Shown here: in pieces, positions 43,398 to 52,375 of the stretch
Numbering within the stretch: the first letter of the stretch is position 1
Layout: each line of letters starts with the position of its first letter
Origin: an uncultured bacterium
Lineage (GTDB): Bacteria > Zixibacteria > MSB-5A5 > CAIYYT01
DNA length: 64,000 nt
Direction: 5' to 3'
Assembly: GCA_963726455.1 (NCBI GenBank)
Contig: CAVSCK010000003.1
Span: 320,001-384,000 of the forward strand
Notes under the pieces: model-generated
Told to the model about the DNA's origin: nothing
Databases searched by the model: none
What the model saw: the letters and a program-made list of their open reading frames with translations, nothing else
Position numbers and translations under genes: made by a program

Positions 43398-43967
43398 CTA
43401 CTTGATAGCTTTCTTGCGCGCCGCGGGCGCTATTGATTTTGCCGTCGGTTTGGCAGCGAGTTGCTGCTTATCGTCTTTCCGTTTACTATCGAGCTGTTGC
43501 GTCTTGGCGGATTTCTTATGCGGCGAAGCAGATTTCGCCTTCACGGTCGCGGATTTCTTGGCAGTCGGTGTGGCTTTGGCAAGTACGGGCGTTTTGGCCG
43601 CAACCGGAGTCGTCACGGATTCGGCGTTGGCCGGTGTGACGTTCGGCTTGGTGGTGGTGAAGCTGGCCAGGAGCAGTTCCTGTGGCGGCAACAACGCCAG
43701 GTCGCGGCGGGCAATGTCTTCGATGCGCTTAAATGAGGCGAGTTGATTGATGTCGAACTCGAGCGACTGCAGGCGATCCTTAAGGTCGTGCACCCGCTGA
43801 CGCGTCTGGGCATTTTCCGCCGCCAGCCGCAATGTATAAACACGCTCCCAGACAAACAGATAGCACAGGCCAACGAACAGCACCAGCAATCCGGCTGAGA
43901 GCAGAAACGTCCGTTTGCGACGGCGCACAACGCCGTCCTCGTACTTAGTCCTCTTTTTCCCTGTCAC
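43398..43967 (-). CDS. ftsL: Cell division protein FtsL with a long Lys/Ala-rich tail
   Basis: Basic N-terminus, TM helix, coiled coil ending RIEDIARRDLAL; between rsmH and ftsI. Confidence 0.8.
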   Translation of the reverse strand: MTGKKRTKYEDGVVRRRKRTFLLSAGLLVLFVGLCYLFVWERVYTLRLAAENAQTRQRVHDLKDRLQSLEFDINQLASFKRIEDIARRDLALLPPQELLLASFTTTKPNVTPANAESVTTPVAAKTPVLAKATPTAKKSATVKAKSASPHKKSAKTQQLDSKRKDDKQQLAAKPTAKSIAPAARKKAIK

Positions 43968-44015
43968 GATCGCTTCCTTGCATTCGTCTCGGTGCCGAGA
44001 CTGATTACGCCCTTA

Positions 44016-44951
44016 TCAAACTGCCAATTTGCGAGCCGCGCGCAGCCGTGCGCTGCGAGCCCGCGGATTTGCCTCAATCTCATCCGCAGACGCTTTAATC
44101 GCCTTGCGGGTAATTTTTTCCAACATGGGCTTGCGACCACACACGCATTGCGGCAGGTCGCGCGGACAAGTGCAGGGATTCTCCTGAGTGTTAAAGAATT
44201 CCTTCACCATTCTGTCCTCAAGCGAATGGAAACTGATAACCGCCATCACGCCGCCGGGCCGCAAGCTCGCTTGCACTCTACCCAATCCGGTTTCCAGTTG
44301 GCCGAGTTCGTCATTGACCCAGATTCTCAGCGCTTGCCAGATCTTGGCGAGATACTGATTGCGTTTACCGCCACGAAAGTGTTTGGACACCACATCTCTC
44401 AAATCTGCCACTGTATGCAGCCGCCCTTCGTTGGCAGCATCAGTGATGCTTCTCGCAATTCGCCCCGCATTGTCGACTTCGCCGTAGTTCCGAAGTATCG
44501 TTTTCAGCTCTTCAGCCGAGACTGTTGCCAGTTTTACACTCAGCGGTTCACCTGAGGTCCGGTCAAAGCGCAAATCGAGTGTATCCGTTGCCTGCTGGAA
44601 AGCGAACCCGCGCCCGGAGGCCTCGAGTTGGAGTGAGGACAGCCCCAGATCCAGCAGTGCGAAATCGACCGCGCCGAATTTGTCGGCCGCCAGATGGCGG
44701 TCGATATCGGCGTATGAGCTATGAACGAAAGTTATCTGATTCGGAAAATGCGCCAACCGCTTCCCTGCGATTTCCAGCGCATCGACATCCCTGTCAAAGC
44801 CGACCAATTCTGCCTCTCTCCCCAACTGACTAAGAATTGCCTCCGCATGACCACCACCACCGACGGTACAATCGACCACGATCTTCGCCGAGTCGGGTAC
44901 GATTGCCAAAACTTCTGTTAGCAGCACCGGTTTATGAAGCCGGTTGTTCAC
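44016..44951 (-). CDS. rsmH: 16S rRNA m4C1402 methyltransferase
   Basis: HKPVLL, DCTVGGGGH, DLGLSS, ISFHSLEDR, NPRARSARLR; probable GTG start at 44951. Confidence 0.96.
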   Translation of the reverse strand: MNNRLHKPVLLTEVLAIVPDSAKIVVDCTVGGGGHAEAILSQLGREAELVGFDRDVDALEIAGKRLAHFPNQITFVHSSYADIDRHLAADKFGAVDFALLDLGLSSLQLEASGRGFAFQQATDTLDLRFDRTSGEPLSVKLATVSAEELKTILRNYGEVDNAGRIARSITDAANEGRLHTVADLRDVVSKHFRGGKRNQYLAKIWQALRIWVNDELGQLETGLGRVQASLRPGGVMAVISFHSLEDRMVKEFFNTQENPCTCPRDLPQCVCGRKPMLEKITRKAIKASADEIEANPRARSARLRAARKLAV

Positions 44952-45396
44952 CTTTGCCGTACAGTTTCTCCTGCACTTTCGATCGAGGTTGGTTCTTCTT
45001 GGCCAGATATTCCTTGAAGTTGGCCTCAGTCCAAATCTCAATCTTTCTGCCGGCGCCGAGAATGAGCACTTCCTTGTCGATTCCGGCCTCCTCCATTAGG
45101 AAGGGCGGAATTATGATCCTCCCCTGGGGATCTGTGGGAGCAGGTACTGCGTTGGAGTAGAAGAGGCGGTTGAAATGATTCTCGTCCTCACCCTCCAGCG
45201 CGTTTTGGGGTCCCAGCTTGTCAACGATGGCATCCCAATCCGTCTGGCAGTAAAGTTCGAGACATCTTTCCGTCCCATTGTTCAACATGAAGTTGGAAGA
45301 GCCGCGGATCACAGCAGTGTCCCGCAATCTCTTGGGAACGGCAATTCTGCCCTTTCCATCCACAGCAACTATGTAACGACCGAAATACGATGCCAC
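44932..45396 (-). CDS. mraZ: Transcriptional regulator MraZ
   Basis: DGKGRIAVP and DPQGRIIIP repeats; first gene of the dcw cluster. Confidence 0.93.
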   Translation of the reverse strand: MASYFGRYIVAVDGKGRIAVPKRLRDTAVIRGSSNFMLNNGTERCLELYCQTDWDAIVDKLGPQNALEGEDENHFNRLFYSNAVPAPTDPQGRIIIPPFLMEEAGIDKEVLILGAGRKIEIWTEANFKEYLAKKNQPRSKVQEKLYGKGEQPAS

Positions 45397-45410
45397 GAGA
45401 ACCTCTTACT

Positions 45411-45474
45411 CACCACGATTCCCCCTGTTTCCCCACGAATGCCCAAATATTGGGTTAAAATCCCAATCTGTCAA
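45411..45474 (-). promoter_or_regulatory. MraZ-binding direct repeats and putative dcw promoter
   Basis: The minus strand reads TTGGG/GTGGG/AGGGG/GTGGT at 10-bp period; TTGACA at 45474-45469 just upstream. Confidence 0.7.
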
Positions 45475-45692
45475 GCAAAAAACGTAAAAATCTTACGGTT
45501 TTCCCAACTCCCCACAGGTATGGGAATTAGCCGATACCATTTTCGACCTCTGAGGATGCCTAAACTGGATGTTTCAATCTGGGATAGGGCTAGTGAGATA
45601 CCGGACAAAGGATTACAGACCGATTCTTCAGTTCCCTGACTGCGGCACGGGCTTTGCGAATAGATGTGCTGTAGAAAGTGAGCGCATAAAAC

Positions 45693-48071
45693 ATGAGAAG
45701 AAGTCTGTTCTGGGTGGCGGTGCTGGCGATTGTGGTTACGGGTTCAAACGCATTGGCCGAAAGCCGGTTATCGTTTGAGTACGATTGGCAATCTCTCCAA
45801 AGTGCGGGTATTCCGAGCAACAGCAAAAGGTTCGTAAGCGGGACTTCCCTATCGTCCCTCTCCAGTCGTGGGCTACGCGAAATCAGCCACCTGCAGTTTC
45901 TCGTCCTTAGCGGGCAGGTGGATTCGGTGATGGTAAACAGATCGGAACCGTTTTCGGTGGAGAGCGCGAAGATAGAATCGGAACATGCGGTGACGACTTT
46001 CTCGGGGGACGATATTCGCGGCGAGGACTATTATCGACAGGCGATTGATACTTATTCGATGCGTGACCGTGAGATAAATCCCGCTCAGATAATCGAAAGC
46101 AAGACGAACGTGGGCGGCAAGGAACTGCTGACTGTCGGAGTCAAGACGATTGATCAATGTCAGCCGCAGCTGTCGGCGACCGGGTTTGGGAAGATCGCTC
46201 TAGTATTTTATGGCAGCGATGATCTGCAGGTTGAGCAGATTACTGATGCGCGCGAGTTGATGCAACTTGCGGCGGAGGAATCGCGTGACTGCGTTCTCAG
46301 CGGATCGGCGGCGAAAGTGACGGGTGATTCGTATCCGGAATATTTGATCATAACCAATGATGATTTGGCACCCGCGTTCCAGCCGCTGCTGCGGTGGAAG
46401 TCAATCAAGGGCCTGGCGTCCGGAATAATAAGAATGAATCAAGTGTTAGCGATTTCGTACGGCGTGGACGATGCCGAGAAGCTGCGCAATTTCCTGATTG
46501 AGATGTACAACAACGGCACGCGCTATGTGCTGTTGGGTGGTGACGAAACAGTGGTGCCGGTGCGCTACGCATTTCCCTCGAATACGACATCCATGCCGAC
46601 ACTGGACATACTGCAATTGTGCGATCTTTACTATGGCGACGTAAACGGCAACTGGGATGTTGATGGCGACGGAGTTTACGGCGAGCCGACGCAGGACAGC
46701 CCAGATCTCAACGCCGAGTTGCTGGTGGGACGATTGCCTGTCTGCACACCCGCGCAGGTTACAGACTATGTCAGCAAGCTGATCACGTACGAGCAGAATC
46801 CGCACAACGGAGACTATGCGTATTTGAACAAGTCGCTGTTCGTGGCAGCAGACCAGATGCGCGATTACGGTGGCGGCGTGGGACAACATACGTTGTTGGC
46901 GCAGTCGATGCCGGCACAGGTGATTTCCGACACGACCGACTTGATTGAAGCGCCAACTGGTTTTGCGGACAATCCCTCCTATCCCCTGGCGGCGAATTCG
47001 ACGGCGAAGTTGGGAGACGGCTGGGGCATAATCTCGCTCTTAATACACGGAAGGGGCGACGGCTGGATCATTCGTTCGAATCAATACAATCAGTGGCCGA
47101 AGTCATTTATTCTCACCGCGACCGGCACGGATGATGGACACGGGTATATGTCAAATATCCGGTCGAACGGCATGCCGGGGCTGGTTTATTCGGTGGGCTG
47201 CAACAACGGGGCGTTTGATCTGGATTTGCCGCCGTTTCCCTCGGCCAATCCTACGGTGGCGACGGCGTTTCTGACCAAGCCGGATGGTGGCGCGGTGGTG
47301 TTTGTGGGATATTCACGCTGGGGCTGGGTAACGACCTCGTGGCAAATTGAACAGGCGTTTCTCGACTATCTGTACAACACGAACGCCAATCCGGCGGAAG
47401 CGTTAAGGTATGTCAAGTTGCAGTATTCGTATTATCGCGACGAGTGCTATGGCCTGAATCTTGACGGCGATCCGGAGATGAAGATCTGGACAACTTTGCC
47501 ACAGACGATGACGCTGTCGGTTCCGCAGAGTTTACCGGCCGGTGCGGGTGAGTTCGAAGTGACGGTGAGGTCGGGATCGACGCCGGTTGCTGGCGCGCTG
47601 GTGTCAGTGGTCAAGAATGATTCGATTGCGACACAATTGCTGACGGATGCGAGCGGCAAAGTCACGATGCCGATTGAATACAGCGTGTCGGATACATTCA
47701 AAGTATATGCTTTCAAAGCCGGCTATGCCACGGCGACGCAACGGCTCAATCCCCAGTTAGTGCTTGGAACGGATGACGACGTGCAATTGCCGAAGGCGTT
47801 CGAGGTCTTTCAGAATTATCCCAATCCGTTTAATCCGGCGACAACGATTGCGTTCCAGACCGATCGTACGGGTGATGTAACGCTGGAGATCTTCAATATT
47901 CTCGGCGAGAAGGTTAAGACGGCGATGGCAGAACCGCTGGCGGCGGGTCGCCATGAAGTCTCGTGGGACGGTTCGGATGATTCCGGTGTGCCGGTGAGTT
48001 CGGGCGTCTACTTCGCGAGAATCCGGACAGAAGATCAGAGCGCGATAGTTAAGATGTGTTTGATGAAGTAG
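45693..48071 (+). CDS. C25 (gingipain/PorU-like) cysteine peptidase with a T9SS-type/FlgD-Ig C-terminal domain
   Basis: Signal peptide; EYLIIT, YVLLGGD, DLYY, VGRLP; catalytic HG and GC; QNYPNPFNPATTI..SGVYF CTD. Confidence 0.9.
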   Translation: MRRSLFWVAVLAIVVTGSNALAESRLSFEYDWQSLQSAGIPSNSKRFVSGTSLSSLSSRGLREISHLQFLVLSGQVDSVMVNRSEPFSVESAKIESEHAVTTFSGDDIRGEDYYRQAIDTYSMRDREINPAQIIESKTNVGGKELLTVGVKTIDQCQPQLSATGFGKIALVFYGSDDLQVEQITDARELMQLAAEESRDCVLSGSAAKVTGDSYPEYLIITNDDLAPAFQPLLRWKSIKGLASGIIRMNQVLAISYGVDDAEKLRNFLIEMYNNGTRYVLLGGDETVVPVRYAFPSNTTSMPTLDILQLCDLYYGDVNGNWDVDGDGVYGEPTQDSPDLNAELLVGRLPVCTPAQVTDYVSKLITYEQNPHNGDYAYLNKSLFVAADQMRDYGGGVGQHTLLAQSMPAQVISDTTDLIEAPTGFADNPSYPLAANSTAKLGDGWGIISLLIHGRGDGWIIRSNQYNQWPKSFILTATGTDDGHGYMSNIRSNGMPGLVYSVGCNNGAFDLDLPPFPSANPTVATAFLTKPDGGAVVFVGYSRWGWVTTSWQIEQAFLDYLYNTNANPAEALRYVKLQYSYYRDECYGLNLDGDPEMKIWTTLPQTMTLSVPQSLPAGAGEFEVTVRSGSTPVAGALVSVVKNDSIATQLLTDASGKVTMPIEYSVSDTFKVYAFKAGYATATQRLNPQLVLGTDDDVQLPKAFEVFQNYPNPFNPATTIAFQTDRTGDVTLEIFNILGEKVKTAMAEPLAAGRHEVSWDGSDDSGVPVSSGVYFARIRTEDQSAIVKMCLMK

Positions 48072-48074
48072 GCG

Positions 48075-48240
48075 GATTGCTTCGTCGCCCCGCTCCTCGC
48101 AATGACAGGGCGTAGTTCTACCAGAAAATAAACGCCCTCACCCTCGGTTCGTATTCCAAAGAATAAACGCCCTCACCCTCGGTTCGTATTCCAAAGAATC
48201 AACGCCCTCACCCTCGGTCCCTCTCCCAAAGGGAGAGGGA
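48075..48240. repeat. REP-like hairpins between convergent genes, with a 35-bp tandem stutter
   Basis: GATTGCTTCGTCGC..CTCCTCGCAATGAC (48075-48106); AACGCCCTCACCCTCGGT three times at 35-bp period, the last copy completing CCCTCTCCCAAAGGGAGAGGG. Confidence 0.75.
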
Positions 48241-48272
48241 AGAATGCGCACCTCACGAAGATGGGCTCAGTC

Positions 48273-49145
48273 TTAGGAGGCGGTGATGGAGATGGCCTCG
48301 CGGTAGATTGCGCGAAGGATGGCGCTGAGGGAGAGAATGGCGGCGGCAACGGGACGCAGCGCTGCTTTGGAGCCGCGCAACTCGTGTTTGGAAAGATAAC
48401 GGTAGAAGCTGCGATGCGAGCTGAAGACGATCCAGCCGCGTTCCTTGCGGGTCGATCCGGCGACGGCATGGTAGGCCCTGGCGTCGGGATCGAAGAGAAT
48501 GCGATGACCGGAATCGATCAGGCGTTTGCAGATGTCGACGTCGGAGAAGAAGATGAAGAAAAGTTCGTCCCACGCGCCCAACTCTTGCTGAGTTGAGCGT
48601 CGCATCAAGAGCGCCGACGACATGGGTTGTTCAACGTAAGCGCGGGTCTGGTGATCGAAGTAAAGATTCTTCCACCTACCAAAGCGAGGATTGCGTCGAA
48701 ACAGGCGCGACAGTCCGCAATGCTCGTAGATCAGAGTTGAGAAGGCCGGGAAGTTGCGAACGCTGAACTGAATAGAACCATCGCGGTGCAACAACTGCGG
48801 CGCGACAGCACTTACCGGCGGGTCGGATTCGAGATCGGAAATGAGAAGTCGAGTGCAATCGGGCGTAAGTTCGACATCGGGATTGAGAAAGAAGAGGTAG
48901 TCGCCGGTCGCGGCTGCGATCGCCTGATTCACGGCTTGTGTATACCCCTTATTTTCAGAATTGACGATGATTTTGGCTTGCGGCGACAGCGACGTCACGA
49001 TGCGGCAGCAGTTGTCGGCGGAGTAGTTGTCGACCAGAATAATCTCGCGCTCGAAGTTGCCGGATTGCTGCTGGATCGACGTGATGCCAGCGGCAATGGT
49101 GTCATTTGACTTATAGGCCACCAGCAGGTACGAAACCAACGCCAT
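48273..49145 (-). CDS. Glycosyltransferase family 2
   Basis: VDNYSAD, NKGYTQAVNQ, FLNPD, WDELFFIFFSDVD. Confidence 0.88.
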   Translation of the reverse strand: MALVSYLLVAYKSNDTIAAGITSIQQQSGNFEREIILVDNYSADNCCRIVTSLSPQAKIIVNSENKGYTQAVNQAIAAATGDYLFFLNPDVELTPDCTRLLISDLESDPPVSAVAPQLLHRDGSIQFSVRNFPAFSTLIYEHCGLSRLFRRNPRFGRWKNLYFDHQTRAYVEQPMSSALLMRRSTQQELGAWDELFFIFFSDVDICKRLIDSGHRILFDPDARAYHAVAGSTRKERGWIVFSSHRSFYRYLSKHELRGSKAALRPVAAAILSLSAILRAIYREAISITAS

Positions 49146-50395
49146 CAGAATAACTCCTCAATCTTCGCCAACAGGCCCGCGAGCTCGCTCTGTCGTTCGA
49201 AGTGATCGACTCCGGTGCGGATGTACCTAGAGGAAGTACTTTCTCTGGTCGCGACTTGCTTCATCGCGTCAACGAATTGCGCGGCGGTATCGACAATAAG
49301 AACGCCGGGGAAATTGTATTCCTCCAATAACAGGCGTGCGGCATTTCTGGGCGGGAGAATCGCGATCAGGGGCGGTTCCGCGCGCAGTAATTCGAACAGC
49401 TTGGAAGGAATAATATAGGATGTGTCGAGCGAATCCGAGAGCATGATGATGTTGGCGGCGTGGCTGCGAACGGCCTGAATACTTTGACGATGTGGAAGGT
49501 AGCCCAAACATTGGAATCTCTCTGCTAGTTGATAGCGCGCCAACAGGGCGTCGAAGTTCGGAAAGTCCAGGTAACCGATGTGCCGCAAAGAAATCGGCGT
49601 GCCGGAAGCGCTTCGTGCCTGACCGATCCAGTCAAAAAGCTTCTCGATGCCTACGAGCTCATTCAGAGTGCCGTAGATGCCGAAGCTGGAGTTGCGCTCG
49701 ACGACGCGGTCGGCAAAGTCTGATTCGTCATAGCCGTTAGGGAGGAAATGATAATCGACGGCAGCATTGATTTCGGTGCGAAGATACTCAATCGTCAGCG
49801 GCGACGTGGCGGTGATCAGATCAGCGACATCGGTAATATCTTTCAGATATGACGCTGCCTTGGATCTATATGAGTCGGATTGCTCGGCCAGCGGAAGCGA
49901 TCCCCAAATATCGCGGAAGTCGGCGATCCAGGCCGGGTTCTTGTGCCCGCCGAAATTGAGTCCGAGTTGATGAAGAGACACGGGCGGAGACGTGGTTATC
50001 AAGATGTTTCGTACGTCAGGCCGCAATATCTTTGATAACTCAACTGACGCCGGACGGACGAAGCCAACTTTGGAATCAGGAAAAAGTGCGTCACTCGCAG
50101 TCGATTTGAATTTTCTGCCCAGCTTCAGCAATGGTTTCAGGAAAGGAACTCTTCTCGCTAATCGCGCTGGATCAGTTGAGCCGGCACGGTAAACTTTGAC
50201 AGCGGAGCTGAGTTGGTCTAGTTGCGTGCGGTCATATACGGGATATGAGATCGGTTTAACAGTCAGCACAGACACGGGGTATCCCAGCCCGGCGAAGAAG
50301 TTCGCCAGCGCCAAAGGCCGCGCGGTTCCTGCCAGCCCGAGTGGCGGGAAGTAGTAACTCGCGATGATGAAATGTCTATCGGCGTGGGTATTCAT
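49145..50395 (-). CDS. Glycosyltransferase family 4-like
   Basis: YYFPP, ITTSPP, ADFRDIW, PNGYD, PSKLFE. Confidence 0.85.
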   Translation of the reverse strand: MNTHADRHFIIASYYFPPLGLAGTARPLALANFFAGLGYPVSVLTVKPISYPVYDRTQLDQLSSAVKVYRAGSTDPARLARRVPFLKPLLKLGRKFKSTASDALFPDSKVGFVRPASVELSKILRPDVRNILITTSPPVSLHQLGLNFGGHKNPAWIADFRDIWGSLPLAEQSDSYRSKAASYLKDITDVADLITATSPLTIEYLRTEINAAVDYHFLPNGYDESDFADRVVERNSSFGIYGTLNELVGIEKLFDWIGQARSASGTPISLRHIGYLDFPNFDALLARYQLAERFQCLGYLPHRQSIQAVRSHAANIIMLSDSLDTSYIIPSKLFELLRAEPPLIAILPPRNAARLLLEEYNFPGVLIVDTAAQFVDAMKQVATRESTSSRYIRTGVDHFERQSELAGLLAKIEELF

Positions 50396-51437
50396 CGATC
50401 AACTTTCGAAAGGCGAGATCGGCAATTCGCATTTGGTCCTCGCGGATGCCCTTTTGGGCGAGCAGAGGTTCGTACCCGGCGTATGCCTGTTCGCGCGACT
50501 GACGTAATGCACCAAGTCTGATTTTTGCCGCAAGGTCGGCTGCATTAGAGGGCTGAAAGAAGTGTCGGTCATCCGTCAGCCACTCGCGATTGCCGGGAAT
50601 ATCAGTGACGACCGGATAGATTTTCTGCGACATGGCTTCTAACAACGACACCGAAGTCGTGTCCGACAGCGCGGTCGAAACGTAAATGTCGGAGCGGCGA
50701 TAGGCATTGAAGAGCTGTTCGGCGCCGAGCGCTCCTACAAAGGTCACGCGATCTTTGATTCCCAAAGTAGCAACAAGTTTGCGAAGGTCGCCGTCAAGCG
50801 ATCCGGAACCGGCCAGAGTGAGATGGAAACCGAAACCGTCCTCCGCGAGTATTTTGGCAGCGCGAATGAGAGTTTGCAGGTCGTAGAGTGGCTCCAATTG
50901 GCGGCAGCCAAAGATCTGCAGAACGTCAGTGTCCGTAAGGGGACGCACCCGGCCACTTTCGTACCAGGCGCGGCTTACGCCGAAGCTGACGATCAACTGC
51001 CTTTTGAGAGGAGCAAACTTTGAAGCGGCGTCGATGGCACATTGCGCATCGGCAACCACGAGATCGGCGCGACGCAACACAAAGCGACTGCGCCAGCGAC
51101 GTAACGCGCCATGATCGGCGGAAAGCAGGATATCCGAGCCCCAGAGCGTGAGCGCCATAGGATGAACATTGACCATGGCGGCGGTCAGGCCGTACGTCGG
51201 GAGAAAGTGGGCGTTGATCAGATGCGGCTGGAATTCGGCGACTAGATTTTGCACCTGGTCAATTATGGAAATATAGCGCAGCGGGCCGGCGGCGGATTTG
51301 GTAACGAGCCGGTGGCCGCTGAAGCCCTCGATAAAATCGCATGAGGCAACCAAAGTCTCCCAGCCAAGTTCGTTGAATTCCTTTTGCCAACGAGCGATGT
51401 GGGGCGAGATAGCTTCGGCGAGAAAGAGGATTCTCAC
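50376..51437 (-). CDS. Glycosyltransferase family 4
   Basis: HIARW, INAHF, WGSDI, SDTTSVSLLEAM, VTDIPGNRE. Confidence 0.88.
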   Translation of the reverse strand: MRILFLAEAISPHIARWQKEFNELGWETLVASCDFIEGFSGHRLVTKSAAGPLRYISIIDQVQNLVAEFQPHLINAHFLPTYGLTAAMVNVHPMALTLWGSDILLSADHGALRRWRSRFVLRRADLVVADAQCAIDAASKFAPLKRQLIVSFGVSRAWYESGRVRPLTDTDVLQIFGCRQLEPLYDLQTLIRAAKILAEDGFGFHLTLAGSGSLDGDLRKLVATLGIKDRVTFVGALGAEQLFNAYRRSDIYVSTALSDTTSVSLLEAMSQKIYPVVTDIPGNREWLTDDRHFFQPSNAADLAAKIRLGALRQSREQAYAGYEPLLAQKGIREDQMRIADLAFRKLIDEYPRR

Positions 51438-52372
51438 GGCCTTCCCCTCACCATGTCGGCGATACGTTTGGCAAAGGAACGCCGGTGGTACTCGTGGTAA
51501 GTGACGGGTTGTGCGCCCCAGCCGGCCTTGAATCGCTTGAGTCCCTCGTCGGTTTCAGGAGAAGCGCCGAAGTTGAAGCGTTGCCGTCCGAAGTCGCGGC
51601 TGCGGGAAATCATAAGGTCAAAGAGGAAGAAATTCGCGGCGAGCTCAAGTCCGACGGCACTGGCATAGCCATCGAAGTAGAAAACATCGGACGGGCTGAC
51701 GAAGTAAAAGTGCAGGGCAAGGAGACTGTCGTCACGAAAAGCGCCGACCATGGTGACGCCGCTGTCATCGGATTGACTTAGTATGTAGAGGGCGGCATAA
51801 AAGGTTTCCGAGAGACGGCGCTCTTCTCCGGTTCGGTCAATATGGTCGCGACGAAGTTGATCGATGGCGACGATATCGGCGATGCCAAGGCGACGGCTGA
51901 CCAATCCCTGTTGTTGGGATTTCCTGACGTTGCGGAGAGTGTTCTCGGAGTATGAGGAGGGTATCGAGAGATCGAGAACATGCGTCGTCAATTCATGCCT
52001 CTGATATTGATCGGGGTATTTCAAATCGAAGGACGGCGACATTTGGACGATGCGTTCGTCGATAAAACGCTGGTCTTGCAGCCAGGCGAATACCTGTTCC
52101 TTGAATGCGGGGTCAGAAGAGCCACCGAGAAAACCGCCATACCATCCGAATGGCAACGAGTAGAACGTGGTGCCAAGTGCCATCTTCTTGCGGAAGCCGA
52201 CAAACAATTCCTGCCCGTCGGATAAAGCGACTCCGTCCCAACCGTACACTTGCTCCCAGATTGCCAGCAAATCGCGGGTGTAAAACATCCCGGGGAGTCC
52301 ATAGCCCTGCGCTGGTTGAAGAACGGAATCAGGAATTTGTGAGACAGGAATTATATCGAATGACATCGGCAC
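51434..52372 (-). CDS. GNAT/FemAB-like N-acyltransferase
   Basis: SLPFGWYGG, RNVRKS, FNFGAS..GLKRFKAGWGA. Confidence 0.8.
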   Translation of the reverse strand: MPMSFDIIPVSQIPDSVLQPAQGYGLPGMFYTRDLLAIWEQVYGWDGVALSDGQELFVGFRKKMALGTTFYSLPFGWYGGFLGGSSDPAFKEQVFAWLQDQRFIDERIVQMSPSFDLKYPDQYQRHELTTHVLDLSIPSSYSENTLRNVRKSQQQGLVSRRLGIADIVAIDQLRRDHIDRTGEERRLSETFYAALYILSQSDDSGVTMVGAFRDDSLLALHFYFVSPSDVFYFDGYASAVGLELAANFFLFDLMISRSRDFGRQRFNFGASPETDEGLKRFKAGWGAQPVTYHEYHRRSFAKRIADMVRGRP

Positions 52373-52375
52373 ACA

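Noticed and set aside
29574-44555. Long plus-strand ORFs opposite dcw genes (e.g. 29574-30386, 32693-33652, 38577-39293)
   Set aside because: Antisense shadows of conserved GC-rich genes, with no domain signal.
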